From the NCBI GenBank assembly GCA_963810605.1, contig CAWEOF010000002.1, positions 11,503 through 75,502 on the forward strand: a stretch of DNA of 64,000 nt, in the 5' to 3' direction. The notes beneath the pieces were generated by a model. The model had not been told where the DNA came from. It did not search any database and was given only the letters and a program-made list of their open reading frames with translations. The translations under genes were made by a program, and so were the position numbers. Below are positions 28,225-36,164 of the stretch, piece by piece (position 1 is the stretch's first letter; each line of letters opens with the position of its first letter). Source of the stretch: an uncultured Actinomycetes bacterium (lineage in GTDB: Bacteria > Actinomycetota > Thermoleophilia > Solirubrobacterales > Solirubrobacteraceae).

Positions 28225-28649
28225 CAGGTCTCGCCTTTCTCGGGCTCGTCGCCGGCGGAGGTTTCGGCGGGCTCGTCGGCGGGGGCGTCGCCGGCGGAGG
28301 TTTCGGCGGGCTCGCGGCCGGGGGAGGTTCCGCCGGGCTCGTCGGCGGGGGCGTCGTCGGCGGAGGTTTCGGCGGGGTCGTAGGCCGCCGATGTCCCGTC
28401 GTCCTCGTCGCGCGTGATCGCGGCGTACAGCACCTGGCGCTCGTCGGCGACCTGCGCGGCGGGGACGACCAGCTCGGTTTCGAGGCCTCGCGTCCGAAGC
28501 TCCGCCAGGGCCTCGTCCGACGCGTACCCCGCCACCTGCCAGGTGTCGTCGTCGAGGCGGCTGGCGCTCGTGCGCTCGAAGTCGAGGCCCTCGACTTCGG
28601 CGAGGCGCAGCATCGCCTCGGTCGGTCCGGCTATCCGTACGAGCTGCAT
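28224..28649 (-). CDS. Small acidic protein: M14 propeptide-like N-domain plus acidic tandem-repeat tail
   Basis: GAGGAGG Shine-Dalgarno lies 7 nt before ATG 28649. The stop overlaps the M14 ATG (TGATG). The N-terminal 80 aa read MQLVRIAGPTEAMLRLAEVEGLDFE.... The tail carries PAETSAGDAPADE repeats, encoded by a unit of about 39 nt at roughly 28245-28380. Confidence 0.6.
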   Translation of the reverse strand: MQLVRIAGPTEAMLRLAEVEGLDFERTSASRLDDDTWQVAGYASDEALAELRTRGLETELVVPAAQVADERQVLYAAITRDEDDGTSAAYDPAETSADDAPADEPGGTSPGREPAETSAGDAPADEPAETSAGDEPEKGET

Positions 28650-28680
28650 CGCATGACCTCCTCGGGTGCCGGTTTCGACC

Positions 28681-29646
28681 TTACCCGCTCCGGGCGATGG
28701 CCTCCGGCGGTTGCAGGAAGACGGCGACCTCGTCGAGGCCGGGCACGCGGGTGTCCTGGATCTCGCGGCGCTCGCGCAGCGCGCGCGGCAGTCCGGCGAG
28801 AGCGGCGGCGCGGCCCGCGAGCTCGATCGGGAGAAGCCGCCGCGGGCGGTTCGTGCGCAGCTCGGAGAGCCAGCGTCGCGCGAGCCGCAGCGGACCGGTC
28901 TCGGGGAGGCAGCGGACCGCGCACCACACGCTGTTGCGGGCGACGTAGAAGCGCGCACGCGCATGCGAGCGGGTCGTCGCGCCGAGGCGGTGGACGACCT
29001 GAGCGCGCGGCACAAGCAGCGCGTGGTAGCCCGCGAGGAGCGCGCGGAACGCGAGGTCGACGTCCTCGTAGTAGAGGAAGAAGCGCTCCTCGTAGCCACC
29101 GAGGCGCTCGAAGACGTCGCGCCGGAAGACGGGCGCCGCGCCCGGGGCGGCGAAGACGCGGTACGGCTCGCTCGGCAGCTCGGAGAGCGGGCGGTCGCGC
29201 AGGAGCTTGTAGGCGAAGCCGGCCGGGTCGTACTGGTCGCCCGCGCTCTCGATCCGGCCGCTGGACGCGCTGACGAGCACGCTGCCGAGCGCCCACGTCG
29301 AGTCGGCGCGCGGCGCCGCCGCGAGCGTCGCGAGCCAGTCGGGCGCCGGTGTCGCGTCGGAGTTCAGGACGCAGACCCACGGCGCCCGCGTGGCGGCGAC
29401 GCCGCGGTTCGCGCCGCCGGCGAAGCCGTAGTTGCGGTCGAGCTCGAGCACCTCGACGCGCGGGTGGTGTGCCCGCAGCAACGCGAGCGACCCGTCGCGC
29501 GAGCGGTTGTCGGCGACGAGCACCTGCGCCGGCGCGAGCGTCTGTGCGTCGAGCGCCGCGAGGCACTCGGGCAGCAGCCGCTCGCCGTTGAAGTTGACGA
29601 TGACGACGGCGATGTCGCGGGCGGTCTTGTCGAATAGTTCGCTCAT
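28681..29646 (-). CDS. Glycosyltransferase family 2
   Basis: MSELFDKTARDIAVVIVNFNGERLL, LVADNRSRDGS and LDRNYGFAGGANRGV. ATG at 29646. Confidence 0.85.
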   Translation of the reverse strand: MSELFDKTARDIAVVIVNFNGERLLPECLAALDAQTLAPAQVLVADNRSRDGSLALLRAHHPRVEVLELDRNYGFAGGANRGVAATRAPWVCVLNSDATPAPDWLATLAAAPRADSTWALGSVLVSASSGRIESAGDQYDPAGFAYKLLRDRPLSELPSEPYRVFAAPGAAPVFRRDVFERLGGYEERFFLYYEDVDLAFRALLAGYHALLVPRAQVVHRLGATTRSHARARFYVARNSVWCAVRCLPETGPLRLARRWLSELRTNRPRRLLPIELAGRAAALAGLPRALRERREIQDTRVPGLDEVAVFLQPPEAIARSG

Positions 29647-29670
29647 ATGGCGGCAAAGGCGACAAGACCG
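29623..29670. repeat. 48-nt hairpin element, copy A (spans the GT2 start codon)
   Basis: GGTCTTGTCG-N27-CGACAAGACC. The left 26-27 nt and the right arm are repeated at 52259..52306. Confidence 0.7.
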
Positions 29671-29683
29671 GCGGCGCGGCGGG

Positions 29684-30331
29684 TCATGCGGGGTCGTAGG
29701 CCGCGATGAACGCGTCGACGTCGGGGTTGCACAGCTCTGCGACGCGCGCCTTGATCGTGTCGACGGGCCAGTCCCACCAGGCGATCCGCAGCAGCGCCGC
29801 GATCTGCTCGTCGCTGAAGCGCTGGCCGATCTGCGCGGCCGGCACGCCGCTGACGATCGCATAGGGCGCGACGTCCCGCGTGACGACCGAGCGCGTCGCC
29901 ACGACCGCACCGGGTCCGATCATCACGCCGGACACGACCACCGACCCCTGGCCGACCCGGGCGTCGGGACCCACCTGGATGTCGCCGCGGACCCGCTCCT
30001 CGTCCGCGCCGGCGCCGAGCCGCGAGCGAAGCGGGAACTGCGAGACCCGGTCGCTGCGATCCGCGTCGTCGACGTGGAACTCGACGCCGTGCGCGACCGA
30101 GGCGAAGCGGCTGACCTGCACCTGGCCGCCCGCGCCGTGCTCATCGGAGCGCCGGACCGCAAAGCCGGCGCCGAGGTGCTGCGCGACGTCGCGCGGTCGC
30201 ACGAGGGGAGGCTCGGCGTCGGTCGCCGCAAGCGCGCCGCGGGCGCTCTGGATCGCATCGGCGCGCGCCAAGACCCGGCGCGTCGTGCGCGTCGTGCGCC
30301 GCATCACCTCGATCGCGCGTCGGGCCTCCAC
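29684..30331 (-). CDS. Hexapeptide-repeat O-acetyltransferase (XAT/CatB/Vat-like)
   Basis: IQVGPDARVGQGSVVVSGVMIGPGAVVATRSVVTRDVAPYAIVSGVPA plus the XAT-type C-terminus RFSDEQIAALLRIAWWDWP. The start is uncertain. Confidence 0.75.
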   Translation of the reverse strand: MEARRAIEVMRRTTRTTRRVLARADAIQSARGALAATDAEPPLVRPRDVAQHLGAGFAVRRSDEHGAGGQVQVSRFASVAHGVEFHVDDADRSDRVSQFPLRSRLGAGADEERVRGDIQVGPDARVGQGSVVVSGVMIGPGAVVATRSVVTRDVAPYAIVSGVPAAQIGQRFSDEQIAALLRIAWWDWPVDTIKARVAELCNPDVDAFIAAYDPA

Positions 30332-30371
30332 CGGGCCGCAGTGTAGGCCCGCGCCGATACGCTCGGGTTCG

Positions 30372-31076
30372 ATGCCGGCCGATCCCTCGCTCGCGGAGCT
30401 CTACGAGGCCAAGGCGCAGACGTACGCCGCCTTCGGCAACGGCGCGATCGCCGACCGCGCGCTCGCGCTGCTGGCGCAGGGCGGCCGCGTGCTCGACCTC
30501 GGCTGCGCGTCCGGCGGGCTGCTCGCGCTGCTGCGCGCGAAGGCCGAGCACACCGCCGGGCTCGAGCTGTCGGAGACGGCTGCGAAGGCCGCCGCGCAGG
30601 TCGGCGACCTCGTCGTGCAGGGCGCGCTCGAGGATCCCGACCTGCCGTTCGAAGCGGGCTCCTACGACCTCGTCGTCCTCGCCGACGTCCTCGAGCACCT
30701 CGCCGACCCGGTCGCCGCGCTGCGCCGCGCGAGCGGCTGGTCCAAGCCGGGCGGGGCGATCCTCGTCAGCGTCCCGAACGTCGCGCACTGGCGCGCGCGG
30801 CTGACGCTCGCCCGCGGGCGCTGGCCCGCCGAGGACAGCGGCACGTTTGATTCGAGCCATCTGCGCTGGTTCACGCGCGCGTCGCTCGCGGCGCTGCTCG
30901 CCGATGCGGGCCTGCACGACGTCGAACTGGGCGCGATCGTGCCCGCGCTGCGCAATCACGTCTCGCTACCGGGTCGGGTGCAGCGGCGCGCCGAGCCGGC
31001 CTGGCAGGCGCTCGGCCGGCGCGCGCCGGGGCTACTGGGCTACCAGGTCATCGCGAGCGCGCGCCGCCCGGCCTGA
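30372..31076 (+). CDS. Class I SAM-dependent methyltransferase
   Basis: RVLDLGCASGGLLALL, DLVVLADVLEHLADP and KPGGAILVSVPN. Confidence 0.8.
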   Translation: MPADPSLAELYEAKAQTYAAFGNGAIADRALALLAQGGRVLDLGCASGGLLALLRAKAEHTAGLELSETAAKAAAQVGDLVVQGALEDPDLPFEAGSYDLVVLADVLEHLADPVAALRRASGWSKPGGAILVSVPNVAHWRARLTLARGRWPAEDSGTFDSSHLRWFTRASLAALLADAGLHDVELGAIVPALRNHVSLPGRVQRRAEPAWQALGRRAPGLLGYQVIASARRPA

Positions 31077-31293
31077 CACGAATCCGGGCCTGTCGCGGGT
31101 ATGCTGCGCGGCGCCCATGGCGCCGCCCGACCCTCCGCTGCGACCCAAGCGTGGTCGTGTCGCACATACCCGATACCGGCGTGCCCGCGGTCGCGCGTCA
31201 GGCCGACGAGGCGGGTCTGATGGCGGGTGTCGTCCGTCCACAGGCGGATGCTCGCGGACGTTGAGGCACGCGATCACGTCTCATAGCGCGACG

Positions 31294-32583
31294 ATGGCCG
31301 GTCGCGCCCGCCACCTGTTTCGCGCCGCGGTCGCCGGCGCCGCGGTGATCGTCTCGCTGCACGTCGCCGTCGCCCATGGCGCAGCGCCGCCGCCGGGGCC
31401 GTCGCCCTGCACGGCCCGCGCGACCCCGACACTCGTGTTCGACGCGTTCACGCGCCTCGGCATCGTCGACCTGGCTGTCGTCGGCGCCCAAGGCGTTCCC
31501 GTGACGTTCTTCGAGTGCATCGGCGACCGGGCGGTCGAGCTGGGACGGCGCACCGCGCGGGAGGATGAAGTAGCGACGTTCCTGTACGAGGCGACGACGT
31601 GGCGCTGCGGTCGCCTCACCCGCCGCTTCGCGGTGAGCGCGACGCTCGCGAACGGCTCGGTCGTGCAGGCCAACACCGCGACGCGCACGCCCTCGTGCGC
31701 TCAGCGCTTCGACCTCGAGGTTCCCCGCAGGCTTGCTCCCGGCGCGCTCGCTCGCATCCGCATCGCCGATCGCTGGAGGGTCGGGGGCGTCCGGGCGTCG
31801 CTGTGCGTCGCCCGGCCAGGGCGCCGGGCCGCCTGCCGGCAGGTCGTCTTTCAGCGAGGCACGCGGCTCGCGTTGCGCGTGTTTCGCGTCGCTGCTCGCG
31901 GCCGCTGGCGCGTCGCGCTGCGGGTCCCCGGGCACAGCACGCCGGTGACGATCGCGGTCGGCGTGCGCCCCACCCCCGACGCGCGGCTGCCGACGCTCCT
32001 CGCCACCGGCGACTCGACCATGGAGCTTCTCAGCAGCTTCCTGACCGATCAGCTCTCCGACGAAGAGAACGTCGTCAGCGAGGTCGAGCTCGGGCTCTCG
32101 ATCAGCAAGGAGGACGCGTTTCAGCCCATGGCCGTCAAGCAGGTGGCGCGGCTGAAGCCGAAGACGACCGTCATCTCGATCGGCGCCAACGAGGGCTGGG
32201 GGATGAATAGACCCGACGGGGTGCTGACCGTCTGCTGCGGCGAGGCGTGGATCGCCGAGTACGCGCGCCGGGTGCGCAGGACGATCCTGACGTACGGGCG
32301 CAGGGTGCTCTGGCTGACGGTGTTCGCGCCGCGGGATCCGCGGCGCGTACCGATGGCCGACGCGGTCAACGTCGCGATCATGCGTGCCGCCGAAGGCCTC
32401 CCCGAGGCTCACGTCATTCGGATGGACTCCCTGTTCACGCCCCACGGCTATCGCGAGACGATCCGCTACGGCGGTCGTGATGTCGACGTGCGCGAGCCCG
32501 ACGGCGTCCACCTCAACGTCGCCGGCGCGGAGATCGCCGCGCGCGAGGTGGTCAAGGCGCTTCACGCGCTCGGCGGCGGCTGA
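31294..32583 (+). CDS. Secreted SGNH/GDSL hydrolase with Cys-rich N-terminal domain (paralog 1)
   Basis: Signal-like N-terminus. SGNH blocks LLATGDSTM (block I), SIGANEG (block III) and PDGVHLN (block V). The N-domain has conserved Cys residues (FFECIGDR, WRCGRLTRRF, RTPSCAQRF, SLCVARPGRRAACRQVVF). Confidence 0.75.
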   Translation: MAGRARHLFRAAVAGAAVIVSLHVAVAHGAAPPPGPSPCTARATPTLVFDAFTRLGIVDLAVVGAQGVPVTFFECIGDRAVELGRRTAREDEVATFLYEATTWRCGRLTRRFAVSATLANGSVVQANTATRTPSCAQRFDLEVPRRLAPGALARIRIADRWRVGGVRASLCVARPGRRAACRQVVFQRGTRLALRVFRVAARGRWRVALRVPGHSTPVTIAVGVRPTPDARLPTLLATGDSTMELLSSFLTDQLSDEENVVSEVELGLSISKEDAFQPMAVKQVARLKPKTTVISIGANEGWGMNRPDGVLTVCCGEAWIAEYARRVRRTILTYGRRVLWLTVFAPRDPRRVPMADAVNVAIMRAAEGLPEAHVIRMDSLFTPHGYRETIRYGGRDVDVREPDGVHLNVAGAEIAAREVVKALHALGGG

Positions 32584-32644
32584 GCCGCTCGCGGGGCCGT
32601 GCCCGACGCGGATCGCGTCCGCCCCGGCTATGCTCGCCCCGCCC

Positions 32645-33316
32645 ATGGGCCTGCGCACCGTCCGCTACGACATGAACCACGGCGCCGCGCGGCGCATCCT
32701 GCAGCCGCAGCTCAAGGCGTGGGCCGCGTCGCATCCGCCCGAGGCCGAGGTGCTCGAGGTCGGCGCCGGCCACTACGACCACCGGCCGTACTTCAACTGC
32801 ACGCTCACGAAGTTCGACGCCGACGAGTCGCAGAAGCCCGACATCGTCGGCGACGCGCTGAACATGCCGATCGAGGACGACCGCTTCGACGGCGCGCTTG
32901 CGATCTCCGTGCTCGAGCACGTCGACGATCCCTACCAGGTCGTCCGCGAGATGTTCCGCGTGCTGAAGCCCGGCGCGTCGGCGTTCGCGTGGATCCCGTT
33001 CACGTTCGGCGTGCACGGCTTTCCCGAGGACGTCAGCCGTTTCACGACCTTCGGCATGCGCCAGCTGTTCGAGCGCGCGGGCTTTGAGATCGTCCGCGTC
33101 GACGAGAAGCCCTACGCCGGAGCGTTCCTGCAAATGACGAACCTCGTGCACTTCGTCCTGCCGCGAACCGATCACCGCCGCTGGGTCCGCCCGCTCAACA
33201 AGGCGCTCTTTTTGCTGTTCCGCATGGGTTATCCACTCGATGCCCGCTTCTCGAAGCTCCAGCTCAAGACGCTCTACACGGGCGCCGAGATCGAAGCGCG
33301 AAAGCCGGCCGCGTAG
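32645..33316 (+). CDS. Class I SAM-dependent methyltransferase
   Basis: VLEVGAGH, ALAISVLEHVDDPYQVVREMFRVLKPGA. Confidence 0.75.
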   Translation: MGLRTVRYDMNHGAARRILQPQLKAWAASHPPEAEVLEVGAGHYDHRPYFNCTLTKFDADESQKPDIVGDALNMPIEDDRFDGALAISVLEHVDDPYQVVREMFRVLKPGASAFAWIPFTFGVHGFPEDVSRFTTFGMRQLFERAGFEIVRVDEKPYAGAFLQMTNLVHFVLPRTDHRRWVRPLNKALFLLFRMGYPLDARFSKLQLKTLYTGAEIEARKPAA

Positions 33317-33320
33317 CGCG

Positions 33321-34604
33321 GTGCGCGTCGTCTCGCGGACGATCCGCGCCGCAGGGCTCGCGGTCGTGGTCGCCAGCCTGCCGGCCGCGCCGGCGCACGC
33401 CGCCGCACCGGCGCCCGCGAACCCGTGCGCCGCCGGTCCCGTCACGACCCCGTTGATCGCGAACGCCTCCCGGCTGGGCGTCGTCGACCTGAACTTCTTC
33501 GGCGCCGCCGGCGCGCCCGTCAGCTTCTTCGAGTGCATCGACGGCCGTGCCGCGGCGATCGGCATCAGGACCGCGGCAGCGACCGCCCCGCTGACGATCC
33601 GCTTCGCGGCGACGACCTGGCAGTGCGGCCGGCTCACGCGCCGCTTCGCTGCCACGGCCACGCTGTCTGACGGGTCGCTCGCTCGCGGCACCGCGAGCAT
33701 CCGCACGCGCTCGTGCGTGAATCGCTTCGAGCTCACGGTCCCGGCCCGCGTCGCGCCGGGTCGCCTGGCGAGCGTGCGCATCCGCGACCGCTGGCGCATC
33801 GGTGGCGTGAGCGCGAAGCTCTGCCTCGCTGCGCCCGGTGGCCGGCAGGCTTGCCGGACCGTCGTCTTCGACGACGGCGTGAAGCGCGCGACGCGTCGGT
33901 TCCGGGTGGCCAAGCGCGGCCTGTGGCGCGCCGAGCTGCGAGCCCCCGGGCATCGCACGCGCGCGACGATCGCCGTCGGCGTGCGCGCGCCGGTGCGCAA
34001 GTCGGCGGCGCCGAAGCTGCTCGCGACCGGGGACTCCACGATGAACGGCCTCGACACCTTCCTCTCCGACCAGCTCGGCGACGCTGCGAACGTCATCAGC
34101 GAGGTCAAGCCGGGGCTTGCGATCAGCCGGGCCAACGCGTTCCAGCCGATTGCGGTCAAGCTGGTCGCGAAGCTGCGGCCGGCCACGACCGTCGTCTCGA
34201 TCGGCGCCAACGAGGGCTGGCCGATGCGCGCCGCCGACGGCGCGCTGCACGACTGCTGCGACGAGCCGTGGGTCGACGAGTACGCGCGCCGCGTGCGCAG
34301 GACGATGATCACGCTCGGGCGGCGGGTCTTCTGGTGCACGATCGTCGCGCCCAAGGACCAGCGGCGGGTGCCGATCCTGGCCGCGGTCAACGCTGCGATC
34401 CTGCGAGCCGCGCAGGGCCTCGCGCAGGTCCACGTCGTTCGGATCGACCAGGTCTTCAGCCCGAACGGCTACCGCGACGTCATCCGCTACGACGGCCGCG
34501 ACGTGCGCGTGCGCGAGCCCGACGGCGTCCACCTCAACATCGCCGGCGCGAAGATCGCCGCGCGCGAGGTCGTCAAGGCGATCCGCGCGGTCGGCGGTGG
34601 CTGA
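33321..34604 (+). CDS. Secreted SGNH/GDSL hydrolase with Cys-rich N-terminal domain (paralog 2)
   Basis: Same architecture and blocks as 31294..32583: FFECIDGR, WQCGRLTRRF, LLATGDSTM, SIGANEG, PDGVHLN. GTG 33321. Confidence 0.75.
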   Translation: MRVVSRTIRAAGLAVVVASLPAAPAHAAAPAPANPCAAGPVTTPLIANASRLGVVDLNFFGAAGAPVSFFECIDGRAAAIGIRTAAATAPLTIRFAATTWQCGRLTRRFAATATLSDGSLARGTASIRTRSCVNRFELTVPARVAPGRLASVRIRDRWRIGGVSAKLCLAAPGGRQACRTVVFDDGVKRATRRFRVAKRGLWRAELRAPGHRTRATIAVGVRAPVRKSAAPKLLATGDSTMNGLDTFLSDQLGDAANVISEVKPGLAISRANAFQPIAVKLVAKLRPATTVVSIGANEGWPMRAADGALHDCCDEPWVDEYARRVRRTMITLGRRVFWCTIVAPKDQRRVPILAAVNAAILRAAQGLAQVHVVRIDQVFSPNGYRDVIRYDGRDVRVREPDGVHLNIAGAKIAAREVVKAIRAVGGG

Positions 34605-35988
34605 CGTGCTCGCCGCGAAACGCCGCGCAACGACGGGCGATCGCTCGCGGCGCACGCTGCTGCTGTGCGTCGCAGCCGTGGGCCTGCTGACGGCCGCTCC
34701 GGCGCAGTCCGCCGCGCCGGCGCCCGCGCAGGCCGCGACGCCGGCGCGGGCCGCCGCGCGTGCGCCGGCCGTGGCACCCGCGCGGGCCGCCGTGCCGGCG
34801 CCCGCGCGGTCGCCATGCGCCGCCGGCCCGACCACGATGACCTTCGCCGCGACCGCCAACCGCCGCAGCGTCATCGACCTGCACCTGTTCGGCGCCGGCG
34901 GAGCCCCGGTGACGTTCTTCGAGTGTGTGGGCGACCGGACGGTGACGCTGGGCCGGCGCACCGCGCCACCGGGCGAGGTCACGCGCATGTGGGCGGCGAC
35001 CGGCTGGAGCTGCGCCCGCCTCACCCGCCGCTTCGCCGCGACCACGACGCTTGCCGACGGCTCGATCGCCCGCGGCACGCACACGACCCGCACGCGCTCG
35101 TGCGCGCAGCGCTTTTACCTCGCGGTCCCGCGCCGGCTGGCCCCCGGCGCGAGCGCCCGCATCCGCGTGTCCGATCGCTGGCGCGTCGGGGGCGTCCGGA
35201 CGTCGCTGTGCATCGCCGCGCCCGGACGCCGGCTCGTCTGCCGGCAGGTCGTGTTCCGGTCGGGCACGGCGCTCGCATTACGCACGTTTCGCCTGGCCGC
35301 CCGCGGACGCTGGCGGGTCGAGCTGCGGGTGGCGGGCCACGCGACACGCGCGACGATCGCGGTCGGCGTGCGCGCCGGCGCCCGCGCCAAGACGCTGCCG
35401 ACGCTGCTCGCGACGGGCGACTCGACGATGGACCTGCTCAGCAACTTCCTCTCCGATCGGCTCGATGAGGAGGCGAACGTCGTCAGCCACGTCAAGCCGG
35501 GCCTGGCGATCAGCAAGTCCGACGCGTTTGCGCCCATGGCCGCCAAGGACGTCGCGCGCCTGAAGCCATCGACGACGGTGGTCTCGATCGGTGCCAACGA
35601 GGGCTGGGGGATGCCGGCGGCGGACGGGCTGCTGCACGCGTGCTGCGATGCCCACTGGGTCGACGAGTACGCGCGCCGCGTGCGCACCACCATGCGTACG
35701 TTCGGGCGGCGCGTGTTCTGGCTGACGATCGTCGCGCCGAGAGACCCGCGGCGCGCACCGATCATCGCGGCGGTCAACAGCGCGATCGTGCGTGCGGCCG
35801 AAGGCCTGCCCGGAGTTCACATCCTGCGGATGGACCTGCTGTTCAGCCCGAACGGCTATCGCGACGCCATCCGCTACGACGGCCGCGACGTTCGCGTGCG
35901 CGAGCCCGACGGCGTCCATCTGAACATCGCCGGAGCGGACATCGCGGCGCGCGAGGTCGTCAAGGCGCTGCGCGCCGCCAGCGGCTGA
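34597..35988 (+). CDS. Secreted SGNH/GDSL hydrolase with Cys-rich N-terminal domain (paralog 3)
   Basis: Same architecture: FFECVGDR, WSCARLTRRF, LLATGDSTM, SIGANEG, PDGVHLN. It has a longer Ala/Pro-rich leader. The GTG start overlaps the paralog 2 stop by 8 nt. Confidence 0.75.
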   Translation: MADVLAAKRRATTGDRSRRTLLLCVAAVGLLTAAPAQSAAPAPAQAATPARAAARAPAVAPARAAVPAPARSPCAAGPTTMTFAATANRRSVIDLHLFGAGGAPVTFFECVGDRTVTLGRRTAPPGEVTRMWAATGWSCARLTRRFAATTTLADGSIARGTHTTRTRSCAQRFYLAVPRRLAPGASARIRVSDRWRVGGVRTSLCIAAPGRRLVCRQVVFRSGTALALRTFRLAARGRWRVELRVAGHATRATIAVGVRAGARAKTLPTLLATGDSTMDLLSNFLSDRLDEEANVVSHVKPGLAISKSDAFAPMAAKDVARLKPSTTVVSIGANEGWGMPAADGLLHACCDAHWVDEYARRVRTTMRTFGRRVFWLTIVAPRDPRRAPIIAAVNSAIVRAAEGLPGVHILRMDLLFSPNGYRDAIRYDGRDVRVREPDGVHLNIAGADIAAREVVKALRAASG

Positions 35989-36148
35989 TCCGCCGCGCCC
36001 ACCGTCGGCGGCGTCTGATCCGCCGCGCCCACCGTCGGCGGCGGTCTGATCCGCCGCGCCACCGTCGGCGGCGTTGATCCGCCGCGCCACCGTCGGCGGC
36101 GGTTGATCCGCCGCGCCACCGTCGGCGGCGGTTGATCCGCCGCGCCAG
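35986..36148. repeat. Tandem array of 28-31 bp GC-palindromic units (5 full copies plus 1 partial)
   Basis: Units TGATCCGCCGCGCC(C)ACCGTCGGCGGCG(G)T(C) start at 35986, 36016, 36047, 36075, 36104 and 36133. The first TGA is the stop of the SGNH paralog 3 gene. The array fills the convergent gap before the RTX gene. Confidence 0.9.
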
Positions 36149-36164
36149 GGCGGCCCGGCACGTA

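Noticed and set aside
31108-31126. 19-nt GC palindrome GCGGCGCC-CAT-GGCGCCGC, 32 nt after the methyltransferase stop, considered as a terminator.
   Set aside because: The stem is short (8 bp), and palindromes of this size are frequent by chance in such GC-rich DNA. There is no supporting context.
35986-36148. Possible CRISPR array (also considered for 59770..59862).
   Set aside because: The repeat units abut one another with no unique spacers. The units are 17-31 bp with variable length, and no cas genes are present in the window. These are tandem repeats, not CRISPR.
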